From: the human T2T-CHM13v2.0 reference genome, Homo sapiens
Length of the DNA stretch: 64,000 nt
Direction: 5' to 3' (one strand)
Assembly: GCF_009914755.1 (NCBI RefSeq)
Contig: NC_060947.1
Each line of letters starts with the position of its first letter. The stretch's first letter is position 1. A program made the translations under genes and the position numbers. Shown in pieces: positions 1-13,590 of this stretch. The notes beneath the pieces are model-generated. The model saw nothing but the letters and a program-made list of their open reading frames with translations. It had not been told where the DNA came from and made no database searches.

Positions 1-45
1 CTCCAGAAATCTGTGAATAAATAAAGGCCTAAAAAAGGCAGAAAA

Positions 46-75
46 CCACCACCACCACCACCACCACCACCACCA
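46..75 (+). repeat. (CCA)10 trinucleotide microsatellite
   Basis: Ten uninterrupted CCA units read directly, with a degenerate CAACCACA tail. Confidence 0.95.
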
Positions 76-84
76 CAACCACAA

Positions 85-1300
85 TGATTCAACCATGAGT
101 TCAGTCTAGATGAAATTATTCTCATATAGATGTCTGAAGAACATTTTTAAATAATATGTTTAGAATTCTCAACAATAAAATTAAAAGATAAAACTCAATA
201 AAAAGAACAAGTAGTTATAAAACAAAAGCATGTAGAAATTAAAATAATTTCATATTGAGAAGAAAAAAGCTATAAATGTTGGAAATGAAAAATGTAGTAA
301 ATGAATCAATTTTAAAGAAATAAACAGCTTAAGTATCTGGATTGAACAAGAAGATAAAATTAGTGAATTAGAAGATACTAATGAAGAATTCATCCAGAAC
401 GTAACACAGGGAGGCAAGTAAATGTTAAAAATAAAATACTAAGGACATAAAAGATGGACAATATTATACGACAATAAGAGTTCCTAAAGAAGAGAATGAA
501 TGGAATTGCAGAGAAGCCAGATTTAAAGATAATGGCTGATAATTTTATAGAACTGATGATAGACAAAGGGCAAGGTTTATCTAAGAAAGTTTTGAAGAAA
601 AACAAGTTAGGGTGTCTGGCCCTACCACATGTCAGGGCTAAATATAAATCTATGGTAATTGAGACATATTATAGTACTGGCACAGGAATTGGCAAATGAA
701 GAACAGAACAAAAAAAGATGCCCAGAAATACTAATGTACATACTAATCTAATGTACATGTATATACTAATCTCGATGCAAAACAGAGGTGACACTACAGG
801 TGAATAGAGAAAAGGTAGACATTTAAACAATGATGGTAGGACAGTTATTTACTCTAAAATAATTCACAAAATTATTCACTATTCACAAAAAAACCCCTAA
901 AAATTATTTCCAAGTTTATTTAGAGACCGATGAGTGAAAGGGAAAAACTGTAATACCTAAAGAATTACATGAAAATAAGAAATAGACCAAAAGTCAATTG
1001 AAAAATTGGCAAAGGACATGAACAGATGATTCAGAGCAGGAAATAATAAAGGGTCAATGAATATAAAAGATACATTGATCAAAAAACAAATGAGATATAA
1101 TTTCATACTCATCAAATTGATAAAAATTATAAAGTGTCAATATCTAGTTGATAAGAATTTGAAAAATGGGGGATGCATACACTACTGTTGGAGGCATAAA
1201 TTGGTACCACCATTCTAAAATCAAGTACGGCAAAATGTTATATTAATATTATTTTTAGTCATCCTCCAGTTGTTTGACATATTTCATAATAATAAAATAT
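85..1300 (+). mobile_element. Old L1M/L1ME remnant (ORF1-like segment joined to ORF2 3' part and 3' end)
   Basis: ORF 496-699 contains KKNKLGCLALPHVRAKYKSMVIET, resembling L1 ORF2 [24 protein letters not shown]. 'ggcaaaggacatgaacaga' at ~1008 is typical of the L1 3' region. The A-rich segment 300-565 resembles ORF1. Confidence 0.7.
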
Positions 1301-4300
1301 ATACATGTATCAAAATAGCTCAATTTAAATTAGAAAATGAATATACATGACCTATCTTTAAGAACTAGTTTGTATGTTTACCATTTCCATTTGAACATTT
1401 TTTATTCATTTCTCTTATAGATCCTATATATTTAATGTGTTCTTGCTTTTGCTGTTAAAGGCAAGACTGGAGACTTCTTTAAATTACAGTGCTTTATCAA
1501 CATGCATCATTTTAGATTCACAAGCATCCTTAACCAGAGTCAGAGAGCTTTTTAAAAAATATATATATATATATATAGAAAACTGCTCCCTTTTACTTTC
1601 TGTGTTATATGGATTTTGAGTTTCTTAGTTTTGAGCTATGGAATTTTCTTTCTATGGGTTTATTCTTTTTAAAAGTAGTGCTATTTAGATTTCCATTTAT
1701 ATATTGTTCTTTAGCCCCTTAAGCAAATCATCAGACTTAAGGGCACCATTCATAATACTATTATTACATATTATTAGTCAAATATCTATAAAAAGATGAA
1801 TATGACACCAAGTGATAGAATGTCATCAGTCTCTCTAAAAATAATAGTAATAAAAATAGTAATACAATCATACAAGAAGTTGTTTGCTCAGGTTAAATTT
1901 AATTTATACCCTGAAATAATAAGAATTATATTGCTTTGCACGTCTGGGAAACAGAACTTACAAAAAAGGGAAACTGACTCATAAAGTACTTATATTTTAA
2001 AATTATTTATCTAATTCTCATTTGTTCAACAAATTGCACAAATATACAAGTTGAAAACAGTATAAAAATAATCTTACACTTAAGATCTTCTTTCAAATCT
2101 AGTCTAAACAAGTCTACTGGAAGACTTTGGATAGTCTTCTATGTTAGTACTTTGCCTCTGCTGGATGAAAGAACACAGGCAATCAACACAGTTAATGAAG
2201 AAAAATGTACATATTATAGTCATTGTTTGGCCTGTATATACATATTGGAACTTACTCTGCTAGGATAAATTGCACAAATATACACGCCTTTTCTAAAATA
2301 AATGCACTGTCGAGTCCATGGATAAAGTCCTATCCTTGCCAGATAATAATTCTAAAAACAAGAAACCAAAAATAAAAAAATAAAATTTTGAAAGGAAATA
2401 AAACTTCATGTACCTTTCAAGGGAGTAGGTGACGAAGATGGTGCTAGAATGACTCTCAGCCTAGGGTGGTGTGTCATAAGATTAGAAAGATGTGTTCTAA
2501 TCTCTGTAAGCCAAGTGGTAGTTCATCAGCAAAAATTATCAGTTCATTGTTAATTCCTGGTTTATTTCTCTTTCAGTTTTTACCGCCTAAAGTCTTGTTT
2601 AAAACTTTTGACTGGGCCAGATTTAAGATTACACATGTTGTTAAGGGGCAAGGCAGGTCCTAGTTTACCCTAGGATTAGAATGTTAAGCCACCAACCAGC
2701 AAAATAACCCTAGGGACAAAATAAAGTCAGTTGGATCAGAATTGAAACTGAGGGGTCTCCACTCTTCTTTCCCCAAAGAATTTTCTCCTTCGTTATGAAT
2801 CTGGAGGATATGTATTTTAGTAAAGATAAAGGTTTTTTTTTACATATATTGATTGGAGGGCATTCATAATCAATTTTCAAAGAAATTAGCATTGAAGGAA
2901 ATAAGGAGCAGGTTACAATTTCTTTACAGTCATAGTAGGTTGTGGGAGAGATGCTGGACTATAAACTCCCATATTCTGAGCTTGTTATCCTGGCACAGAA
3001 ATTATGATGACATTGAAAAAAATATTTTCATAATGTAGTCCATTAAATTTCATGTCTACATTATGGAAACTCAGAGGTTTATGGTCACATAAGAGTGAAA
3101 GGGCAATCAAGGAGTAAGGAAAAATTATGCAGAAAGGAGAAAAGCAATGATGCTTGGTGAGAACAATCATACTAAGTGTGAGAACAAAGATGATGTACCT
3201 AGTTCAGATTTTCTAGTCACTTGAAATATTACTGACCTCTAAAACTTAGGGGGACTTTAGGCTGAGTCCAGGAATTTTTTTTTCCCTAAAGAACTGTAGA
3301 CTTGGCAAGTCTATATTTAGTGTACTCACTGTTTTTCTGAATTTTGCCTAGATCCTGACTGTCACAGGTACAGATGAATTCAACACACCCGGAGGGCTCT
3401 TGTTGGAAACCTGAAGAATTTCCATGAAATCTCCAAAAGTCAAAAGATGCCATTATTACAACACTCTAGAGGTTGGCAAACTACCTTTTATTTATTTATT
3501 TTTTTGCTACAATTGAAAATAAAACCAACATGTATTGTTCCATAGGCCCCTTGTAAATTTATTTGTATAAACTGCTGAGAATTTACGTTAATGTCTTTTA
3601 CTTCTTCTTTTTGCATTTCAATTGAAATCCTAGGAAACTTTGGCAATAAAAGATCCAATAAGTTATTGATAATTTAAAAAATGATTCCATAGCATCAACA
3701 AACTATATTAAATTCCAATATCCCATTCTATGATTCAGTCTTGGCCCATGTAAATCTGTGATAGAAAATAAGCTGAAAATACCAATATGGGCAGAACAAA
3801 ATACGTAAAGATAAATCTCTCAATTTTTATATCATACGTTCCAGGATATTTAATGAAAAACACTTTGAGTCCTAAGAGTCCATATTAATAGAATTCCACG
3901 TTAAAACTCCTGAACTTAATATAAGCTTTATCAGCAACATAGCTTTCAGTTAACATAAAATAAATGTAAATAACATTGACAGGTCATTTTAGTACTAAAT
4001 ATTAGTGCTTTATAAGCAACTAAATTATTTAGTCAGCTTTATTCCAGATAAGAAGACCCTTGGATTTATTAAATTATAGATTAAATACTGATGTGTCTGA
4101 CTATTCCTGAGAAACACCGAAGCCCCACTATGTCTAGAATATTGATATTTACTGAGGTTCATACATAAGTCGCTATGCTAGTGAGAGATTCAAGATGAAA
4201 CTCTAGCTTTCTCTTTATTAAATCAGCCTTGGCCTCCCCTTATTTTTATGTAGGTATTGATTTCCTTGATTTGAAGCAAACTTTCCTCTTTTGAGAAAAA

Positions 4301-5702
4301 TAAATCACAACTCATTGCTTTACCATCTCTCCCACTTCTTCTACCCTAAAGATAGCTGACAAGGCTGGCAATAAAAAGGTAGAAAAAGTAAAGAGTCTTA
4401 CAACGTAGATGATTTTTGACCCAGGAAGTACAAGTTTAATATAATTAAAAGTGCAATGTTGAAATCAGCAAGAGTTTGTATTTTTGAATTATTCAACCCC
4501 ATTATGTTCTCTATAGAAAACCAAAGAAAAATAAATAACCAAAAGAGAAGCTGCAAAAGTGTTTCATTGAGTACAGTGTTCAATGTCTCGTCAAATAGGA
4601 GTTAAAGATTTAGTGAAAGTTGAAAGGGTGGTTAACTTGAAAGAAGATAGTTGGAGGCAATACAAATATGAATTATGATGTTTGCAGGTTTTAGAAGAAA
4701 GTCTTGGATTTTTCATCAAATGACAGATGAGAGAGGAAGCATTTTTTATTTCTGTAATAAAAAGTATGGGTGGCTATACTGTCACTTAAATATTTTTAAT
4801 TGCGAAGAAACATCTCATCAAGTAAAAAGTAGATAAGAATAAACAAGACGCTAAGCATAGACAGAAAGTGTCCTATTTTAATGCAGAAAAAAGTTTTCAA
4901 TAAAATCCAACATCCCTTCATGATAAAAACCCTCAACAGACTAGGCACTGAAGGAACATACCTCAAAATAATAAGAACCATCTATGACAAATCCATAGCC
5001 AACATCATACCGAATGGGCAAAAGTTGGAACGATTCCCACTGAGAACTGGAACAAAACAAGGATGCCCACTCTCACCAGTTTTATTAAACATAGTACTGG
5101 AAGTCCTAGCCACAGCAATTAGGCAAGAGAAAGAAATAAAATGCATCCAAATAGAAAAAGAAGTCAAACTATCTTTTTTCACTGACGGTATGATTCTATA
5201 CTTAGAAAACCCAAAGACTCCACCAAAAGGCTACTAGAACTGATAAACAATTTTAACGAGGTTTCAAGATATACAATACATAAAAATATATTTTTATAGT
5301 AAAACATATAAAAATTAATAGCATTTCTATACAACAATAATGACCAAGCTGAGAGTCAAATGAAGAACACAATCCCATTTACAATAGCCAAAGAAAATGA
5401 AATACCTAGGAATACACCTAACCAAGATGCTGAAAGATCTCTGTAAGGAGTATTAAAAAACATTGTTGAAAGAAACACAGATAAACGAAAAAGCATTCCA
5501 TGCTCATTGGAAGAAACAATATAATTAAAATGGCTATACTGCACAAAACAACTTATAGATTCAATGCTGTCCTTATCAAACTACCAAGGTCATTCCTCAC
5601 AGAATTAGAAAAAACAATTCTAAAATTCATATGCAACCAAAAAAAAAATAAAAGAGCGCATATAGCCGAAGCCATCCTAAGCAGCAAGAACAAAATTGGA
5701 GG

Positions 5703-5762
5703 CATCACACTACAGTACTTCACCCTACAATAATTCACACCACAGTACATCACACTATAGAA
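5703..5762 (+). repeat. 15-bp x4 minisatellite inside L1 ORF2
   Basis: Units catcacactacagta / cttcaccctacaata / attcacaccacagta / catcacactatagaa. Confidence 0.85.
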
Positions 5763-6079
5763 CTTCCAACTATGCTACAAGACTACAGTAGCCAATACAG
5801 CATAATATTGGTACAGAAACAGACATATAGACCAATGGAACAGAATAGAAAACACAGAAATAAAGCCATACACCTTCAACCAGCCTTGGACAAGGCTGGC
5901 AAAAACAAGCAATGGTAAAAGGACTTCCTATTCAATAAATGATGCCAGGATCACTGGCTAGCCATATGCAGAAGAATGAAACTTGATCCCTACCTTTTGC
6001 CATATACAAAAATAAACTCATGGTGGATTAAAGATATTAATGTAAGACCTAAAACTACAAATCCTAGAAACAAACCTAG

Positions 6080-6437
<358 letters not shown>

Positions 6438-6761
6438 TAATTGTAACAAAAATAAAAATTGACAAGAGGGACCTAATTAAACTAAAGAGCTTCTGCACAG
6501 CCAAAGAAACTATCAACAAAGTAAACAGATAATCTACAGAATGGGAGAAAATATTCACAAACTGTGCACCTGACAAAAGTCTAATATTAAAAAATGGACA
6601 AAAGACATGAACAAACACTTCTCAAAGGAAGACATGCAAGTGACCAACAAACATACGAAGAAATGCTCATCATCATTAATCATCAGAGAAATGAAAAGCA
6701 AAACCACAATGAGATACCATCTCACACCAAACAGAATGGCTATTATTTAAAAGTCAAGAAA

Positions 6762-7046
6762 GGCTGAGTGCAGTGGCTTGCGCCTGTAATCCCAGCACTG
6801 TAGGAGGCTTAGGCAGGAGGATCATATGAGGCCAGGAGTTCAAGACCAGACTGGCCAAAATGGTGAAACCCCGACTCTAGTAAAAATACAAAAATTAGCT
6901 GGGTGTGGTGGTACACATCTGTAATCCCAGCTGCTAGGGAGGCTGCAGCATGAGAATCATTTGAACCCAGGAGGTTGAGGTGCAGTGAGCCAGGATTGCC
7001 CCATTGCACTCCAGCCTGGGTGACAAAAAAAAAAAAAAAAAAAAAA
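6762..7046 (+). mobile_element. Alu (old AluS/Jb-like), lacking the last ~17 nt before the poly-A
   Basis: ggctgagtgcagtggc...ctccagcctgggtgac joined directly to A22. Confidence 0.97.
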
Positions 7047-9543
7047 TCAAAAGATAAACGCTGGTGAGGCTGTAGATAAAAGGGAGTGCTTATACACTGT
7101 TGGTTGGAATGTAAATTATTTCAGCCCCCGTGGCAAGCAGTTTGGAGATTTCTCACAGAACTTAAAACAGATCTATCATTCAATTCAGCAATCCCATTAC
7201 TGAGTATATACCCAAAGGAAAATAGATCATTTTATCAAAAAGACACATGCACTGGTATGTTCTTTGTCACACAATTCACAATAGCAAAAATATCGAATCA
7301 ACCTAAAAGCTCATCAATGGTTGACTGGATAAAGAAAATGTAGTACATACACACCACGGAATCCTATGCAGCCATAAAAAAGAACAAAATCATGTCCTTT
7401 GCAGCGACATGGATGGAGCTGGAGGACATTATATTAAGCGAAGTAATGCAAGAACAGAAAACCAAATGCCACATGCTCTCACTTATAAATGGGAACTAAA
7501 CATTGAGCACAACGGACATAAACATGAGAACAACAGACACTGTGGACTACTAGAGTGGGGAGGGACCGGGGGGGAAGGAGTTAAAAGCTACCTATTGGGT
7601 ACTATGCTTACTATCTGGGTGCAATATACCGTTTTAACAAATCTGCATGTGTACTCCCTGTATGTAAAATAAAAGTTGAAATTAAAAATAAAAGTGTCCT
7701 ACTTTAAAGAAAACATGCCAGGCACCTATTACACAGCAAGTATCATTATTCGCTCACTACAATTATTTTCAGATTGAGGCAAGTTCATAGTTAAAAATTT
7801 AATTGGGGTGATATAATACAATGTGGTTTGTTTAGTAGTAGATTTTATTTTAATAGTGTTATATATGACTTAAGTTTATACAATCATCAAGAGTCTGATG
7901 GGGTCTCTGTAATTAGCCATACTTTACTGCATTTTATGAGTAGAATTATATGCCTTAGTGATGTTTGCAAATTCGGAGTTTTGCAAAGATCTTGGGACAA
8001 ATACCCTGGGGCTCTTCAGAGTCTAATATATACGTAAAATAAAAGGTCATAATAAATAAAATCATATGGAGCTTATATATATGTATATATATATAATCAC
8101 AGATTTATAATGATTACCAAGTGGATCGTAGCTATAAGTGATTTAACAGGGGCAATGCTTTCTTTACTCTACCCTGATCAACACAATATTTGGGTTTATG
8201 TCTCTAGTGAGATAACGCTTATGTTTTTATCTTGATACTTTTAAAATTCCCACTTCACCTTCTGGTCCTTATTTTTTTCATATATCATCAATGGGTATTC
8301 AAGGAAAAGAAAATTATTGTATAAGGGTTGAAAACATCAAGAAACAATAAATAGTCAGATTTTTAAAACATTTTCCCAAACTATCTTTTGAGAGCCAAAA
8401 TTGTAGCTGTGAGTAAAGTAAGGCTGAGTTTATCCTAAAGCAATAGACAAGGAAAAAAAAAAGTCAGACAAAGAATGGCAACTCTATACCTCTCTACCCT
8501 GAGACACACCTGAGACCACCCTAAAAATCACCAGGGCTGAGAATAGGAGGCACCCACTCATAAAATGTATCTACCCACTCTCATTTGCATGGCTCTACGT
8601 GGGTCCTTCTGCTTTTGCAATACCTTGGGACATTTACAATCAACCCCCTCACAACAGAGAGTTAAGTGCCTTGATTTCCAGACAGTGGTGAGTTTTAGTA
8701 GGGAACGCCTCAGCTTAGACACTTGAGAAGAAACTAGACGGCAGCAAAATCCATCCCGTTGCACACGTCCTCAACTAGGAAATGTTAACACCTTCCAAGA
8801 TTATCTAATTTTATGGTCAATAATTGGTCTTCAGAAAAAGAGAGCAAATATAAGCAAAATATAAGGGAATAGTATATAAACAAAAACAATTTCAACACAG
8901 GAAGCTGAATAAACTATTAATTTTTAGAGAAAGGGTCAACATAAGATCACTGCTTTTTTATGCTATAAACTATATATATGGCCCCCAAACATAAATGAAT
9001 ATAATCTTGGCTGTATTTATTTTTATTGCTTTAAAAATGAATTATTTATATTATCAACAGCTGTGGCTAAAGAAAAAAGACTTTTGTCATCCAAACAAAG
9101 AACTATTTATAACCCTGATATTCCAAGGTGTATTTAAAAAGGTGTTATTTGTGGCAATATTGTATCTATTTTCTCGAAGATCTTAAAATTAGCAATTACT
9201 ATCAATGAACATTTATTGAATATAAAGTAACTGTATAGCATTTGTATCTAATGCATTTCTAATTGCTAAGTTACAGTTCCAACATTTTCATAGTGTCCAA
9301 GTGATTATTTTATATATTTCTTTTTAAATAATAAAAGTATCATAAACTTTTTGGAAAAACTAAACTTCCTATTTTATTGCTACTTATTGCCTATTATTTA
9401 ATCTTTTATATGTTAACATGATCAAAGGTGTAAAAAATTAATGATCCTTAATTTTACCTAAAACTAAAAAAAAAAAAGCAAATATTTATCAAATGCTGAA
9501 TATTTTTTAAGCACTGTTAGCAATTATCTATCTGTCTATCCTA

Positions 9544-9944
<401 letters not shown>

Positions 9945-9953
9945 TTAAGTTAA

Positions 9954-10300
<347 letters not shown>

Positions 10301-10739
10301 TCCCTGATCCCTTTAAGATCTTTTCCCCCATTTTTCCAATGACATCTTATATGCATATACATGAGATAGAATTTGTGTTCTAAATTCAAAGAAGGAAGAG
10401 TTCATTGGATTTGGGGAGAACTTGGACGATGTTGAGTTGGTTGGTATTGATCAGAGAGGAAATGTATTTATAGAGAAATCCATGTAGAGTGAAGTAATTA
10501 TCAAGGTTATTTTGTGACTGATATGAATTCAAGGGGCAGTTTATAATTCAGTCACATGTTAAAGAACAAAAAGGACGAAAGAAGAATAAAGCAGATAGAA
10601 TCGTGAAATGGGTTACATTATTTGCACCATAAAGTTTAAGTAAATCAAATTATTGGGAATATTCTGAGATAGAGCTAAAGTCTTTCTCAAGAGTCATGGT
10701 TGAAACCACATGTTGTGGAGGAACTGATGGTGATTGTTG

Positions 10740-10900
10740 CCCCATTGTGGGATTCCTCCCTATGGTAATGACATCAAAATGAAAAAAAAAAAAAACACAC
10801 ACACACAAGAAAATGACGCAGATTGTAATTAGAGGTGGAGCTGTTTATGATCTGGTTATCTCCACATTGTTCTGGGAAAGAATTGAGACATTACTGGGTC
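10740..10900. promoter_or_regulatory. Candidate enhancer (transcription-factor motif cluster)
   Basis: Unique sequence with CATTGT x2, TGACATCA, TGACGCA, TGTTTAT, TTATCT and TTCTGGGAA within ~140 bp. Motif evidence only. Confidence 0.35.
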
Positions 10901-11044
10901 AAATCATGTCTGTGAGACAAAATGAAAGGTAAAAATAGTGAATAAAAAGAGAAAGATTAGAAACAAGCTTTAGTCACTTGCTCTTCCTTGCGGTAGGCCC
11001 TTGGAATATTGACAAATCCTAAAATAATTTTAAAAAAAACAGTG

Positions 11045-11148
11045 GATTTTAATCACCATGAGGGTAAAAATAGTCTTGTTTACCACTGTATTTCCAACAC
11101 ATAGCGTGGTATCTGACCCTCCCTAAATAATTATTGAATTATTGATTG
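11045..11148 (+). mobile_element. L2 3' end remnant
   Basis: ccatgagggt...gtcttgtttaccactgtatttccaacacatagc...aaataattattgaat matches the L2 terminal pattern. Confidence 0.7.
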
Positions 11149-12219
11149 CACATTTTAGACTACTATATTAGCATATCCCACCTCTAAGCATTACCCTGAG
11201 ATGTAACTGTGCAATACAGCAATAAAGGGTGTCACTGTGTCCTCAGTCCAGGCCTAACACACAGTTGAGCTCTGAACAACAATGTAACATCAAACAGTGA
11301 CCCTGTTGTAACATGTTCTGGACTTGTCTAAGCTAAAGTTCAAATATGATACTTCCAACCCTGGTTATAATCTCTGAATGATGCATTTTATACATAGCAA
11401 TGACTTTTTTATTTTTTAAAAAAGAAGCATTTACCATGCAAGAAAAAGGACAACATTGCTTCAAGAATAGTAATCAGTCAGTGGCACCCATCTTAATGAG
11501 AGGATTTACATCCCATTGTTTTCATTTTAAATGTCAATGTGCATACATATAAACATTTAGAAAAACAGGTTTCCAGTAGATCATGTTATGTAAAGGTCAT
11601 ACAGACCTTGCAAATATTCCTGCATCTCTAACTAATCTAATCCGGTTCTTGACTTCAAATATCAAATGATATCCCTTACTGCCACCCAGAATTTTGAATG
11701 TCTGGTATTGAGTGGTTTCTAAAAGTTTGACTTTTTATATTTGAAGGGCCCACATGAAGCCATACGCAATTAGCATATGCTGTATTGTGGCAAGTTCTGT
11801 TAACATCAGCTCTTTGATTGAGGAAGAACACTAACTGTTGAATCATCAAAACACTACAGCAGTATTTTACAACCTCAGTTATGCATAATGTGAAGTAATA
11901 TGCATGGCCTGCCCTCTGTAAATATGAGAGGCAATTTGTTTGGCTCCACATTTTATTTTGCTTTCAGGATTATACTACTTACTAACTTCAACAAAAGCAA
12001 TATAATAAGAAATATTGCCTCACAATACCACAGCTCTGTCCATCAATAGCAAAAATTCTCAATCTTAGCACCAGTGCCAGGAGATGAATCTCATTATGAT
12101 AATTCAGTGATTGTATACGGATTCACATTTCCCAGCATACATAAGAGAATACAAAACAAACACAAGTAGGATAAGCAATCAGATAACTGAAGTTTTTTTT
12201 GTCAAAGATATTAAAGAGT

Positions 12220-12330
12220 ATGTTAAGAATCATCTAATGTCATCTCCCTATTACTGGAAAAAATGGAAGCTCAGGATTTATATAATTAGCTCTAGGTCAC
12301 ACAGGTAGTTTGATGGTAAATCCTAGAGAA
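12220..12330 (-). mobile_element. MIR remnant
   Basis: ...aaatggaagctcagga...aggtcacacaggtag resembles the reverse MIR core. Confidence 0.55.
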
Positions 12331-13394
12331 TTCTACTGTTCATATTTCTTAAACACATATTTTCTTCATTATACTTTATGTATTACAGTGATATTAGCCA
12401 CTACCAAGTCAGCACTAATTATAACTTGATAGATTTAAAGGTCTAAGCTGAAAATATTTAGAAAATTCATGTTGAGAATATTGAGAAATAAGGTGGGATC
12501 CAAGGTGGCATGAAAGGTCAGAGTCTTAGTCTGAACTAGAATGCATGCATGTAAGGCACATGCTAGAAATTTGTGAGCAAAGGAAGAAGTGAGAAAAAAA
12601 TGAATATTTAGTAAGGTTAATTTGTAATTAGTCTATAGGATAAGGTGGAGTGTAGAAACCATTCTGCCAGGGAGATGAAAATTAGGGAATTGCATGTACA
12701 AATTCATTAGCTAAAATAAGGTTCTGTTGTTTGAGTCTCTCAAAAGAAATCACTTCTCAATAGTTATGTAAATACTGAAATACAACTTTGAAAATAATTT
12801 TTAGTACTAGCCATCAAAATTTGGGGCTTATGATGTACAAACTGTGTGTTTCAAACACTACTGATGGGATCTGCCATCGAGGAGCCCATGACTGAGATTC
12901 CTGGTATGTGCTATATCTGTATATCTGCCTCCTCCAGGAAGATTTGAGGGCCTCAGAAACTTTTTCCAAACGTTTATAACAAGGATCCTAAGACTATTGC
13001 CTTCATAGCGAGGAAGCCAGCAATGAGCTGGATCCTGGACAGCATGCTGGCCCCTGACATGGGCAACAAATTAGATGGGCCACAGAACCTAATTTCTATA
13101 GCCTTGACTCACCACAGGTTTATGCTCTCCCGCACAATGGCATTGGGGCAAGTTTATGTCTTTGTCGTGTTGTGCTGTTTGTTTTCTAAGCAAAGGGCAG
13201 TCTCCTATCTCATGCCAAATTTAAAATTCAGGCTGCATGAAATCTTAGAGATTTCACTTAAGCTTTTGTGCAAATTAGTTGGTTTGATTGAATCAGTGTA
13301 TGGTACAGCCTAGTAAATGTCATTCTTATATTCATTCAAAAGAATACATGCTTCTACAAATTTGCTCATAAAATTAGCAATGAATACTGGTGGA

Positions 13395-13590
13395 GAGTCA
13401 CACATGGGAAAGAGAAAACCTGGCTATAAATCTCAGCTCTACCACTGACTAGCTGAGTTAACACGAACTTTAAGCCCTTTTAACTTTGGCTTTTCTCATC
13501 TGAAAAATGGGCAGAAAATGTGGGATTTTGTGAGGAATAGAATTAATACTAAGCAAAAGTTCAGATCCGTTTTAAATGTCAGCAATTATT
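13395..13590 (+). mobile_element. MIR remnant
   Basis: aaatctcagctctaccactgactagctg...ttttctcatctgaaaaatggg...ttgtgagga. Confidence 0.75.

Noticed and set aside
3322-3373. Branchpoint/acceptor plus 16-nt mini-exon
   Set aside because: The donor (GTACAG) is weak and the exon is not frame-preserving.
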